Virus record (IMG/VR): IMGVR_UViG_3300028888_000047
Coordinates: 128,001-192,000 of that record
Strand: one strand, 5' to 3'
Origin: a virus
Taxonomy: Duplodnaviria > Caudoviricetes
Length of the DNA stretch: 64,000 nucleotides
Shown here: piece by piece, positions 1 to 9,941 of the stretch
How the letters are laid out: each line of letters begins with the position of its first letter
Position numbering within the stretch: the first letter of the stretch is position 1
Position numbers and translations under genes: made by a program
Notes under the pieces: generated by a model
What the model saw: the letters and a program-made list of their open reading frames with translations, nothing else
The model's database searches: none
Told to the model about the DNA's origin: nothing

Positions 1-336
1 TTCACTTATAATTTCTTTTTTTGAACAACATGGTCTGTTTTCCAAATATATTTTTTCGTTAAAGCATTTAATTTCCCATAGAATACTAATAATCCACCAG
101 AAACCATCGCCTTCTTTTGTTCTAGACCAAGTGCAGAAAACGGTTGAATTTTGTATCCATTTACAAGGTGAGTCAAGTGTAGAAGTTAAAAGTTCTTTAA
201 ATGTATATTTTTTCCTTTCTTTTTTATGAAACCCATATATAGAATCATACGTAGTGTGTAAAGCAAGCATTCTGCTATAAAGCCCACGCTCTTTCATAAA
301 ACGTTTATATCGTTTTAGTGCTTCATTAAATTTCAT
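1..336 (-). CDS. Small phage protein of the repeated 'KRFLKE..G.Y / W..T.EG..FW' paralog family (runs off window start)
   Basis: Open frame from ATG at 336 (TAATG overlap with the cca stop): MKFNEALKRYKRFMKERGLY...FCTWSRTKEGDGFWW. Absent from the ORF track because it is truncated. Confidence 0.75.
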   Translation of the reverse strand, partial: MKFNEALKRYKRFMKERGLYSRMLALHTTYDSIYGFHKKERKKYTFKELLTSTLDSPCKWIQNSTVFCTWSRTKEGDGFWWIISILWEIKCFNEKIYLENRPCCSKKEIISE

Positions 337-1766
337 TAAACAACTGTTTTTATGTATTCTTCAACACATTTGAATAGTTCTTCTTTTGTTATATCAGGCT
401 TCTCAATAACCTTATTTTTTACCCTATTCATTAATATTCCAATTGCTTTTCCTGGCTTCAAGTTAAATTCTTGCATTATATCATTTCCGGAAATTGGAAT
501 TTTCAACTGCTTTCCGCTTTCTTGTTTACTCTTTTTATCGAGTTCAGCGATTTTTTGTTTAAGTCCAGGAACAAACTTAACCTTTTTGCCATACATTTGT
601 GTTATGTTATTGGCGTGCATAAGGTCCAAAGCCACTTCCAAATCTTTATCGTTACCGTCAAATTTAACAACGAATTTTCTAATCACGGCTGGCCTTGGAA
701 TACTTCCTCCCATATAAGTTGAAAATGATTCGTGCGTCTCAATAGCCTTTTTGACAGTTTCTATTGTGGCGTTGGAATATTTCATTGCTTTCATTATATC
801 CTCTGCCATATCAGCCCCAATTTGCGAATGGAACATAAATCCCTTATCGTATGTTTTGAGTTTTCCAATATCATGGAATAAAGCTGCTAATCTAGTTTCA
901 ATCACCTTTGGCGTTTTGTCAAGTGTTTCAAGAGTGTGCTGATACAAAGTCCTTATTGGTCTTATATCCTGATATACGTGTTTACTCATTGAAATGGATG
1001 GCAGCACAATATGAAGGCAATTACATCTATCCATTTTTTGTATTGCTTCGCTTGGATTATCACACAAGAGCATTTTATTGATTTCGTCAGTAACTCTCTC
1101 TTGCGTCAACTTTTTGATTTCATTGCGATTTGTAATCATTCCAAGCCAAGTTTTTCTTTCAATACCCCAACCTAGTCTTGCAGAAAATCTAATAACACGT
1201 AGGATTCTAAGTGGGTCATCTGAGAAGACAACATCAGGTTCTCCAGTGCATCTGAGTATCTGATTTTTCATATCATCAAGACCCATTTTTGTGATGTCAC
1301 ATATTTCATCGGTACTTATGTTGTAGTACAATGCATTTATTGTGAGGTCACGTCTCATTGCATCTTCTTCAATAGTACCATATGCTGTGGCTGGGTTTCT
1401 TGATTCTTTGTTGTATTTTTCTTTTCTCGTTTGGACGCACTCAATTTCAATATCACTTAGTTCTGTGTCATTAAACAATTGGAATTTAGCGGTTCCATAG
1501 TTAGGAAACACTACAGGATTTTTACTATTAATGTAATTTCCCGTGTGATAAGTTACCCATGTTGCAAATGTTATACCACCATCAGGAGCTTTTACAACAA
1601 TATCAACGTCATGTGGGTCATAGTTTTCTGAAAGAAAAAAGTCCCTTACACAACCGCCAACTAAATAAACATTATTTTCGTAGATTGAACCTTTAATTAG
1701 TTCTTTAAGTCTATCTACAAGTTTTCCAACTTTGGAATTAGGGTGCTTTTCTAATATCTTATTCAT
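336..1766 (-). CDS. cca: Class II CCA-adding tRNA nucleotidyltransferase with HD domain
   Basis: Motifs VGGCVRD, DVDIVV, RRDLTINA, DDPLRILR, ERVTDE; C-terminal HD (H..LFHDIGK). Confidence 0.92.
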   Translation of the reverse strand: MNKILEKHPNSKVGKLVDRLKELIKGSIYENNVYLVGGCVRDFFLSENYDPHDVDIVVKAPDGGITFATWVTYHTGNYINSKNPVVFPNYGTAKFQLFNDTELSDIEIECVQTRKEKYNKESRNPATAYGTIEEDAMRRDLTINALYYNISTDEICDITKMGLDDMKNQILRCTGEPDVVFSDDPLRILRVIRFSARLGWGIERKTWLGMITNRNEIKKLTQERVTDEINKMLLCDNPSEAIQKMDRCNCLHIVLPSISMSKHVYQDIRPIRTLYQHTLETLDKTPKVIETRLAALFHDIGKLKTYDKGFMFHSQIGADMAEDIMKAMKYSNATIETVKKAIETHESFSTYMGGSIPRPAVIRKFVVKFDGNDKDLEVALDLMHANNITQMYGKKVKFVPGLKQKIAELDKKSKQESGKQLKIPISGNDIMQEFNLKPGKAIGILMNRVKNKVIEKPDITKEELFKCVEEYIKTVV

Positions 1767-2761
1767 TTCAAATCAACCATTTCAATTGGGGTGAAAAATT
1801 TTGCCAATTCTGTTCTATCATAATAGAACGCCAAATCATTGTCATTTACTTCAATGCCATTGATAAGCTTGTATGTCTGAGGGAAATAAACCTCATTTGC
1901 GCATTTATATTCGTTTTTGCCTGTATTGTGACGTTTAACAAACACATTCATTATTTTATCAGATGCTTGTGTTTTGAAATGATAGCATACAAGTTCGAAG
2001 AACTCCATTTTAACATCAATTCCTGTTAAACCTTTGATACTATCTTCTGAAACGTATTTGCTACAAGCACTTATAGCGTCTTTGTAATTTAATCCTGATT
2101 TTAGCTTATATATAACCTCATCATTATTTAGAGAAAATAAATCAAACCATTTAATTATAGGGGTCTGCCTTATTGTTTCTTCAACAATACCCATTAATAT
2201 TTTTTCATATTTCGTGGTTCTATTTGGATTCAGTTTACCAAATATAATTTCTCTTGTTTTTTTGGAATTTATGGCAATTTCTATGTCAGTAAACTTACGC
2301 ATAAAATCCTCATAAGTATCACAATCAAAAACAATTGCTGGATTAATCCATTTAAGAGTTTGAAAATTAGCTTTTTTCATATCAAATGATAAGAAATAGT
2401 TACTTCCCTCTTTTACTTGCTCCTGCGTATAAAGATTAATATCGCCTATAACTGGAACATATTCTTTAATTTCTTTCGTTATCTTTTCATCAGATAAAAA
2501 ATCCTTATATGCCTTAGAATTAGAAACGGTCGCTATAATATTGTTTCTGAGAGTATGATAAGCTTCCAAGAATTCTTCAACGCTTTTATAATTTTCTTGT
2601 ACGTATTTAACATATTTTAAATACGAATCCATATAGCCGAATTCATTTAGAATGATTAATCTTTCAGTGAAATATGGCTCCGTTAGTACTTGTACAGGTA
2701 CTCTGTAGTCTTCACAAAATCTGTGTCTTAACAGCTTTAAACTATGTTCATTCATTTCCAT
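1763..2761 (-). CDS. Conserved phage hypothetical protein, possible polymerase-palm-like fold
   Basis: 332-aa ORF overlapping the cca start; SFDMKKANF and NNDEV acidic motifs. Confidence 0.55.
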   Translation of the reverse strand: MEMNEHSLKLLRHRFCEDYRVPVQVLTEPYFTERLIILNEFGYMDSYLKYVKYVQENYKSVEEFLEAYHTLRNNIIATVSNSKAYKDFLSDEKITKEIKEYVPVIGDINLYTQEQVKEGSNYFLSFDMKKANFQTLKWINPAIVFDCDTYEDFMRKFTDIEIAINSKKTREIIFGKLNPNRTTKYEKILMGIVEETIRQTPIIKWFDLFSLNNDEVIYKLKSGLNYKDAISACSKYVSEDSIKGLTGIDVKMEFFELVCYHFKTQASDKIMNVFVKRHNTGKNEYKCANEVYFPQTYKLINGIEVNDNDLAFYYDRTELAKFFTPIEMVDLK

Positions 2762-2780
2762 ACCTTTTTATACTTTTTCA

Positions 2781-2837
2781 GCAAAGATACAAAAAAAACG
2801 CGGAATAAACAAATATTCCACGTTAAATAATGTTAAA
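2781..2837 (-). promoter_or_regulatory. Fused intrinsic terminator / Bacteroidetes sigmaA promoter cassette
   Basis: Minus strand TTTAACATTATTTAAC-GTGGAATA-TTTGTT-TATTCCGCG-T8-G-TATCTTTG; TTTG(-33) to TAnnTTTG(-7) spacer is 20 nt. Confidence 0.75.
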
Positions 2838-3605
2838 TCATCCTTCAGTAATACAATATTCGTATATTGTCACTAAATCATCGTCTTTCAACGGCGCAAT
2901 AAACCTTTCTACGAACTCACTTATCCATTTGTTTTCATCTGATTCATCATCAACATCAACCCATCCCTTGTCGCTTAAAAAAGCGTAGTTCCAATAAGCA
3001 CAATTATGAGAAACAAATTCATCTACATTTTTAAAATTAGATAAATAATTTTTCTTTGTTTTCCAATTGGCTTTTAAGTTTTCTTCTTCCGGCGTTGATG
3101 GAGAATCATCATCAACAACTAAAGCCCATATCTTTTCGAATAATTTAACATATGATTCATTCATATGCATACTATCCCAGTCAACATCTTTGGCTAATGC
3201 TTGATACACTTCTTTACCATTTTTTAATTTCAAAGGATAAGAAAAGTTTTTTCCTAAATTGTATTTATCCCATTTACCATTAGGATTTTCTTCGCTCAAT
3301 GCGTTCCCATCTTCGTCATAATACAATCCTTCAGTAACAGTCCTATAATATTCAAAAGAACTCATTGCATTGATTGCTTTTAACCTTTCCTTGAAATAGT
3401 CAATTTGGAATTTATTTAAAGTGAATTTTTCTGGCTTGCTTGTGATTTCAGTTAGCATCTTGGATGAGTTTTCTTTCATTTTTTCTGCATCCAAGTATTT
3501 GTATTTTATATATGGCTTAACCTTGAGAGCTTTGTCGTATTTCTCCATTAATTTTTCAGGATTATTTCCGACAACCATAACTGATAAAAATTTACTTTTT
3601 GCCAT
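2838..3605 (-). CDS. Hypothetical protein
   Basis: 255-aa ORF in the gene-dense minus-strand array. Confidence 0.7.
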   Translation of the reverse strand: MAKSKFLSVMVVGNNPEKLMEKYDKALKVKPYIKYKYLDAEKMKENSSKMLTEITSKPEKFTLNKFQIDYFKERLKAINAMSSFEYYRTVTEGLYYDEDGNALSEENPNGKWDKYNLGKNFSYPLKLKNGKEVYQALAKDVDWDSMHMNESYVKLFEKIWALVVDDDSPSTPEEENLKANWKTKKNYLSNFKNVDEFVSHNCAYWNYAFLSDKGWVDVDDESDENKWISEFVERFIAPLKDDDLVTIYEYCITEG

Positions 3606-3608
3606 GTA

Positions 3609-5066
3609 TTATATTTCCCTATTTTGCGTTACTGTATTCACCATGTTCGTTGTACTAGCAATAGTATATGGCTCAATTCTAATGCGGTTTGTACCGTATC
3701 TTCTGTCCAATTCTTCCCTTAATTGCGTAACAACGGATGCCGGTATTTGGGCTTGGGCGGTTGCGTCGTTTTGCTGTTCTACAACAGCCCCTACATCTGC
3801 TATCCCATTTCCTTCATTCATAGCGACTTGTTCGAATGCTTCTCCTTCATCTTCGCCAACAGCATTATCGTTTACAAGAAGTGGTTCAGCATCAAAAAGG
3901 TCTACGGCTTCCTCTTCTGCTTCATCTACCAACCCCATAGCGTCGTTAAATCTATATTCAAAAATCGGTCGTTCTGGGGGGTCTAATGGCTGTATTATTT
4001 GCCTACCACCAAGAGCATCCGGCTCTTTTGCTTTTTTATTTTTGAATATGACTTTTTTATGCCCTTCGTTTTGAGTAAAAGAAATAATATCATCATCAAT
4101 AGAAATGGGATTAAAGCCATCGCCTAAAGCTCTAAAAATAGTTCCTGCCCTTTTCTCAATATGGCATAAGTCAAAATGGCCATAAGCCCAATATTTAGGA
4201 CTCATTCCTTTATCTCTTAAATGCTCGAAGATTCTATCAAAAACTTTTCTTTCTTCCCTAATATCATCAGCTAATGAAGCGTCCCTTTCTGTCCATTCAT
4301 CAAAGCCACTATGTGTTTCTGGGTTAACAAACGATGGAGCAGTGTGTGATACAACGCAATCTATTTTAACGTTGTTGGCTATGTCTTCAATAGCATTGTT
4401 GTCGAATATTGGTGCTTCATTTTTCCAATAGATGGTCTTTTTCTTTGTTGTAGAAAACCTATTAATTCTTTCTTCTTGCTTTATTCTCCATGTTCTATCA
4501 AGAGATATTGCTCCGCCAACGCATAATATATTTTTATCCATCGCGCTAACAACAGAATAGTCAGGAATAGCTTTAATATTTGATAAATTAATGGCTTCGC
4601 CATCAAAATATGAAGGGTCGTCATGATTTCCCCTCACAAAAATCAAATATGAATTATTATATGATAAAATTCTATTAAACCTATCAAAAAGGTCTTCATA
4701 ATATTTTGGCTTATTAAAGCCTATTCCGCAATCTCCTGCAATTATAAAAATAGAATCAGAAAAAGCAGATGTCATCATTTTTTTTGCTTTTCTAATAGCA
4801 TCTTCAAATGTTGAATTACTCAAAGTTGTATATCCGCCATCGTAAATCGTAGCAAATGTATGCCTATCGTGATGCAATAGCCTTGCTGCTTGCTCTTTTG
4901 CTGCTTTTCTGGCTTGCCTTTCTAATTCCTTTGGATGAGGCTTGTCTTCATCTTCTGTTTTGACTGAAAGACCATTTTTGATGCCATTAAAGAATGTTTT
5001 AAATTCTCCATGACAATCTCCTAAAACGAAGATATTTTTAATCTTTTCAAATGTATAAGTTCTCAT
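3609..5066 (-). CDS. Calcineurin-like metallophosphoesterase
   Basis: GDCHG, AGDCG, RGNHDD, HTAP, GHF motifs; acidic low-complexity tail. Confidence 0.85.
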   Translation of the reverse strand: MRTYTFEKIKNIFVLGDCHGEFKTFFNGIKNGLSVKTEDEDKPHPKELERQARKAAKEQAARLLHHDRHTFATIYDGGYTTLSNSTFEDAIRKAKKMMTSAFSDSIFIIAGDCGIGFNKPKYYEDLFDRFNRILSYNNSYLIFVRGNHDDPSYFDGEAINLSNIKAIPDYSVVSAMDKNILCVGGAISLDRTWRIKQEERINRFSTTKKKTIYWKNEAPIFDNNAIEDIANNVKIDCVVSHTAPSFVNPETHSGFDEWTERDASLADDIREERKVFDRIFEHLRDKGMSPKYWAYGHFDLCHIEKRAGTIFRALGDGFNPISIDDDIISFTQNEGHKKVIFKNKKAKEPDALGGRQIIQPLDPPERPIFEYRFNDAMGLVDEAEEEAVDLFDAEPLLVNDNAVGEDEGEAFEQVAMNEGNGIADVGAVVEQQNDATAQAQIPASVVTQLREELDRRYGTNRIRIEPYTIASTTNMVNTVTQNREI

Positions 5067-5221
5067 AATTACAAAAAATTAATTCGATTTAAAACAACTT
5101 TTAACTATTTTATACAAATATACAAAAAAAGTTTAATAAAAAGAATTTGTTTACTAAAAAAATAAGCACCATTAACATTAATTAACGATGCTTATTTTTT
5201 TAAAAACTCAAACAATTTCAA

Positions 5222-7327
5222 TTATGCCGAAAACACCTTTTTGAAGATTTCGTTGTATCTGTCAGCATCTGCCACATCTGCCGTAACAGTTTCTCCAACT
5301 TTAACCTCTGTTGCCTCGTTAAATGGCTCTGGTTTTAGGTAATCGTCAAGATTAATACCCTTCTTTTTGGCCATTTCCTTATCCTTGTCGCTTACCTTAA
5401 GGTCAGGGCGTTTGCCAAGCCACTTAAGAGCATCTAAGTTATTGAAGCGAATGGCGTTGCCAAGAGAAGTCCAGCCAATATCGTTAACTTGGTTAACATT
5501 GATGTCTTTACGTGCGGCTAACTTCTTTACAAGCCAAGCCATATTAGAATCCATACAAGCCACATTGATTGCTGTGTCTTCATTGTCATCAATAAAATTT
5601 AAATCGAATTTACCGCTATCAATGATAGTCTCAATCATTTCTTGAACGTTCTTGGAATTCTTAGTAGACAATGTGTTAGTCTTATCCAAGTAGTAATTGA
5701 ACAACAGGTTCTGAATAAGAGACTCCCCATATCCATCGTCCGCGTTGCTATCAAATTTATCATTGATGATGATTTTACCTGCAATCCTGTGCATTTTTGC
5801 GTCAATAGCACTGAAGATAGGTCTTCTATCATTGAATTCGAAATTGACATCAATGTCCTTGGTCTTGTCGATAAGCTCTATTGCGCCATCTTCATCGCCT
5901 TCGTCTATAAGCTTATGGAGCAAAATGCTAGGATTAACCGCCTCACGATTCAGATAATCATCTGTCTTAATTCCAACTTTAGACAAATACTTCTCGTCCT
6001 TGAGGTTTGTGCCATATGCATCCCAAACCTGATTCAGGGTGTCTATTTTGTAATTGTCTTTCTTGTAATAAACAGCTACAACGCTTCTATCGTCGTTAGG
6101 TCCCAAGTTGAAATCAAACAATACATAGCACTTACCATTTTGGTCAATTGGCATTTGACCAATCTTAATGAAAGAATGGCCACAAAGGAAATTCAATCCG
6201 CTGTTGGTTAGTGCATTAATAACTATGCGTTTGTCTTTGTTATATGCAACAGCCAAATCGCTATCGTGCTTTTTAACAAAATCAAGTAGTTCTTTTTCTC
6301 CCCACTTGAAGTTTTTATTTACTTTCAACTTTAAGAACGTACCAAGGTTTACTCCAGCATTAACAAGGGCTTGCTGAATATTCACGTTCTTACCGTGATA
6401 ATTAATACCCATGTTCATCATATTTCCATCGCTTGTAGAATGGGCTGCGTGAAAACCGACAGTGTCGCTTACCGTAAAACCAATGTGAGCCAACTCGTCT
6501 TTTTCTGGCTTAGAAAAGTCGAAGAAGAAGTACTGCTTATTGCTCTTACTTGATACGTAGTTTTTCCACTGACCTTCTGATGATGTAATACACCAAGAGG
6601 TGCGGCCATAACAAAGGGTGTTAGAATCCTTATAGCTTTTCACGTTAAGAATAACAACATCTTTGTCGTTGAATATAACGTCGCAATCTGGCGTGTTATT
6701 TGACACGAAAGAAAGAAGGTCATCCTTATTCCAAGAATATTTTTCTTGCAATGCTTGCTTTAACAGTGTTTTGATTTCCGATGCGTTTCTTACTGCCGAC
6801 ATACGGCCAATAACCTTAGTTTTGGTGTTGGCAGATAGTTTATTAAACTTACTGAAAATATCAAACCACTCGCTGAACGTACCATTTGTATGACACGTGA
6901 GTCCATTGAAAGTATCAGGTTTAATAGCTTCGGTGAGAATTTTACGCTGGTCTGTGTTGAAACGACTTATTATGTTTTTGATAAATGCAATTTTGCAAAG
7001 GCCATCGGTCTCTGAACGTAAATTTGCAAAATCAGTAGCGGAAGAATAACAAATAAGGTTTCCGTTTTTACTAAGCTGTTTAATCAGACTAGGATTTTCA
7101 TCAGCCCATCTTTTGATTGCTTCAAGCTCTTCAATCTTTATTGCCTTGCTAAACACAACCTTTACGCCCCACAACTGATAGTTTGGCTGGCCGTCGAACA
7201 TTTTTATGATTCTTGCGAAAGTGGTGTTAGTCTCAGGATTGATAGCATATTTATCAATCAAAGGCTGAATTTGCTTTTTAGAATAATTTAATTCTGACAT
7301 TTTTTTATAGTTTTGTTTATTTTTCAA
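5222..7327 (-). CDS. Ankyrin-repeat protein with N-terminal 'T(S/N)WCI' domain
   Basis: C-terminal ankyrin-like repeats (DTAINVAC, GWTSLGNAIRFNN); the GRTSWCIT region is paralogous to the next gene. Confidence 0.7.
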   Translation of the reverse strand: MKNKQNYKKMSELNYSKKQIQPLIDKYAINPETNTTFARIIKMFDGQPNYQLWGVKVVFSKAIKIEELEAIKRWADENPSLIKQLSKNGNLICYSSATDFANLRSETDGLCKIAFIKNIISRFNTDQRKILTEAIKPDTFNGLTCHTNGTFSEWFDIFSKFNKLSANTKTKVIGRMSAVRNASEIKTLLKQALQEKYSWNKDDLLSFVSNNTPDCDVIFNDKDVVILNVKSYKDSNTLCYGRTSWCITSSEGQWKNYVSSKSNKQYFFFDFSKPEKDELAHIGFTVSDTVGFHAAHSTSDGNMMNMGINYHGKNVNIQQALVNAGVNLGTFLKLKVNKNFKWGEKELLDFVKKHDSDLAVAYNKDKRIVINALTNSGLNFLCGHSFIKIGQMPIDQNGKCYVLFDFNLGPNDDRSVVAVYYKKDNYKIDTLNQVWDAYGTNLKDEKYLSKVGIKTDDYLNREAVNPSILLHKLIDEGDEDGAIELIDKTKDIDVNFEFNDRRPIFSAIDAKMHRIAGKIIINDKFDSNADDGYGESLIQNLLFNYYLDKTNTLSTKNSKNVQEMIETIIDSGKFDLNFIDDNEDTAINVACMDSNMAWLVKKLAARKDINVNQVNDIGWTSLGNAIRFNNLDALKWLGKRPDLKVSDKDKEMAKKKGINLDDYLKPEPFNEATEVKVGETVTADVADADRYNEIFKKVFSA

Positions 7328-7457
7328 AATTCATAATTCACTTTGCAAATATACAAGAAAAAATACGCATTAAAAAATATTTTAAGTTAAATAAAGTTAA
7401 TATATTTTCTCTTAAAAATATTGCAAGATGTTAAACTCCATCTTGCAATATATACAT

Positions 7458-9929
7458 TTATCTTTTTCTTGGCGCGTGTGCTGCCACCTCTTCATTCACG
7501 CCATCTACCACATATGTTCCATCTTCTGACCTCACCCATATTTCTGTGGTTTTAACTTCGCCTTTCTTGAAACTATCAATCAGTTTTCTAAGACTAGAAT
7601 CAATTTTTTTATTTTTTTCTATGGCGTTTATTACCCTAGGACTATAATATGAATATGCGTAATGTATAATAAGTTTTGACGAATCAAAATTATTTTCAAA
7701 ATCATTAGCCTCAACTAGTCTTGTCATTATAAGGTCGAATAAATCACAAGTTCTACCTCTATCGTGAACAAAAGACGACAATCTGCTAATGAACTCTGGC
7801 GATTTTTCGTTATCCATAACCTTCATCAACATAAGGAAATTTCCAACATATAACGCCACGTTATAATCAGTTATTAGTCCGTTTTTAAAGTGTTCTATAC
7901 CGTTTTTAGAAGGAACAATCAATGGTCTGCCGTGTGTTGCGTCAATCATATTGCTAATCATTCTTCTAGCAATATCACCTATTCTTTTACGACCAATAAT
8001 TTCGCCTAGTTTATATCCATTATCATAGAATAAATTTATATAATCTGATGAATTATAACCAAATGTTACATTTACTATTACGTCAAACAACGTATTCGCT
8101 CTTTCTTGCTGCAACAAACTTTCCCTAACGTCTTTGTTTTTTAACAAGTCCTTAGCCGTAGCAAGTTCTAATGATGTTATAGCATTGTAAAACCTATCAA
8201 CTACATTATCTTTTCTACAAATAATATCATATGGTAGACCATACTCCTCTAGTTTGGAATCGAAAGATTGGTTTATAGGCTCAAATCTGTCATTGAAAAG
8301 CCTTGCACAAGAACTTTCATGTTTTTCAAAATTGTGCGTAATAATACCAAATACAAGCTTTTCTGGGTCGTTAGAATTCTTTGAAAAATCAGCGAATATA
8401 ATATGCAGATTTCCGTATTCTCCCCTATGACCTCGTTGGTCTATATATGCATCGCCTAAGAAATACCTAACATTGTCATTCTCAACAATCAATGCAACCT
8501 TATCGCCGTAATCGCATATAATGTAGTAATCCTCTTCATCAACACACTGGTTAAGGTAATCGAACATGCTTTCCCTATCCCACTTATATTGGTTTGGCTC
8601 ATATGTTACCACATCGGATAATTTGATTCCATATTTATCAAGAATTCCATATATGTTTCTGCAATCTATTTGTTTAGAAACAAATGATTTAATTTCAGAA
8701 ACTACGTCAGTTCTTTTACCTTGCATAAGGTTTGTGTTCTGAAAATCGTGGGCATTTGTGATACCCCTATCGTGTACAGAAGTAAAACCTACTATTGATA
8801 AGTTATCATCTTCTTTCCTTGAAAAATCCATCAGAACATATTGAGTGGCACTGGGATTGTTCTCAACATATTGGTCCCAATATTTCTTATCTTTTGAAAT
8901 ACACCAATTAGTGGTTTTTGCGAGCCTTTTAACTGTTTCGTAGTCTTTGACTTTAAGCAACACCATATCACCTTTATCAATTACTATTTCGCAGTTAAAC
9001 TCCTCTGAATTGTTCAAAAAATCAATCAATGATTGCTTATTCCATTCGAAATGAACATCAGCAAGGAAAGACATCTGCTTTAATATTTCAACAGGGTCTT
9101 CCACCGTTGACATTTTTCTTATGAAATTGTTCTTCTTTTTGTTTGAAAGCTTGCCAAACTTAGATAAGGTATCATAATCCCTATTGCACAACTTATATGC
9201 CCTAAGAGCCTTCTTTTGAGACGTATTAAACATATTAATAACGTCATTTGCTCGTTTTTCTGTTCTTAGTTTAGACATTTCATTAACCAAGCAGAAAAAA
9301 TCTCGCATATTAGTGTAGGCGGTTATTGTGCCTTTAGACAATTTGTTAGCCAACTGGCTATAATTGTCATTCCAAATCATTATTTTTTCTAACAAAAACA
9401 ACGAAACGCCTTGCTTGAAATGCGCATTTGCTGCCCACAAGAAGAAATTCTTAGAGCCATTAGTGATGACATAAAAGTACATAATCAAAGCACTGTATTT
9501 ATCAGCATACTTTGTAACGTTAGCCACCAATTTTTTGTTAAGTTCACAAAACTCATTATATTTTTCTTCAAAATTAGCAGGTACTGCTAATATTTCTGAC
9601 AGCATACGCGAATCTTCAAAAAAGCCAGCTTTTTTCTGAGTGATTACCCAAAGATGGCTATATTTTTTTGAAAGTTCCCTAACTTTTTTGTCTATTTGTT
9701 CTCCGTAATTGTACCCTTCATTGAAAGTAACGTTAGATTGAGAATCATTAAAAATCATAAGATAATCACCAGAGTATGATGAATATGGATTTTTAACTTC
9801 TCCGTCTACGTATACTGCTACTCCATGACCAACACAAAAAATGTTATGCTTGAAGAAAATTTCTACGTTTGATAGGGTTTTTGCCATTCTCATCAAATGA
9901 CGAAAACCCCTTATTTTTGTACCAATCAT
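7458..9929 (-). CDS. Large hypothetical protein with 'TNWCI' domain (paralog of 5222..7327)
   Basis: KTTNWCISKD..YW..YV...QY...DFS..E.D.LS.VGFT aligns with the neighbour. Confidence 0.7.
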   Translation of the reverse strand: MIGTKIRGFRHLMRMAKTLSNVEIFFKHNIFCVGHGVAVYVDGEVKNPYSSYSGDYLMIFNDSQSNVTFNEGYNYGEQIDKKVRELSKKYSHLWVITQKKAGFFEDSRMLSEILAVPANFEEKYNEFCELNKKLVANVTKYADKYSALIMYFYVITNGSKNFFLWAANAHFKQGVSLFLLEKIMIWNDNYSQLANKLSKGTITAYTNMRDFFCLVNEMSKLRTEKRANDVINMFNTSQKKALRAYKLCNRDYDTLSKFGKLSNKKKNNFIRKMSTVEDPVEILKQMSFLADVHFEWNKQSLIDFLNNSEEFNCEIVIDKGDMVLLKVKDYETVKRLAKTTNWCISKDKKYWDQYVENNPSATQYVLMDFSRKEDDNLSIVGFTSVHDRGITNAHDFQNTNLMQGKRTDVVSEIKSFVSKQIDCRNIYGILDKYGIKLSDVVTYEPNQYKWDRESMFDYLNQCVDEEDYYIICDYGDKVALIVENDNVRYFLGDAYIDQRGHRGEYGNLHIIFADFSKNSNDPEKLVFGIITHNFEKHESSCARLFNDRFEPINQSFDSKLEEYGLPYDIICRKDNVVDRFYNAITSLELATAKDLLKNKDVRESLLQQERANTLFDVIVNVTFGYNSSDYINLFYDNGYKLGEIIGRKRIGDIARRMISNMIDATHGRPLIVPSKNGIEHFKNGLITDYNVALYVGNFLMLMKVMDNEKSPEFISRLSSFVHDRGRTCDLFDLIMTRLVEANDFENNFDSSKLIIHYAYSYYSPRVINAIEKNKKIDSSLRKLIDSFKKGEVKTTEIWVRSEDGTYVVDGVNEEVAAHAPRKR

Positions 9930-9941
9930 TATTCAAAAAAA

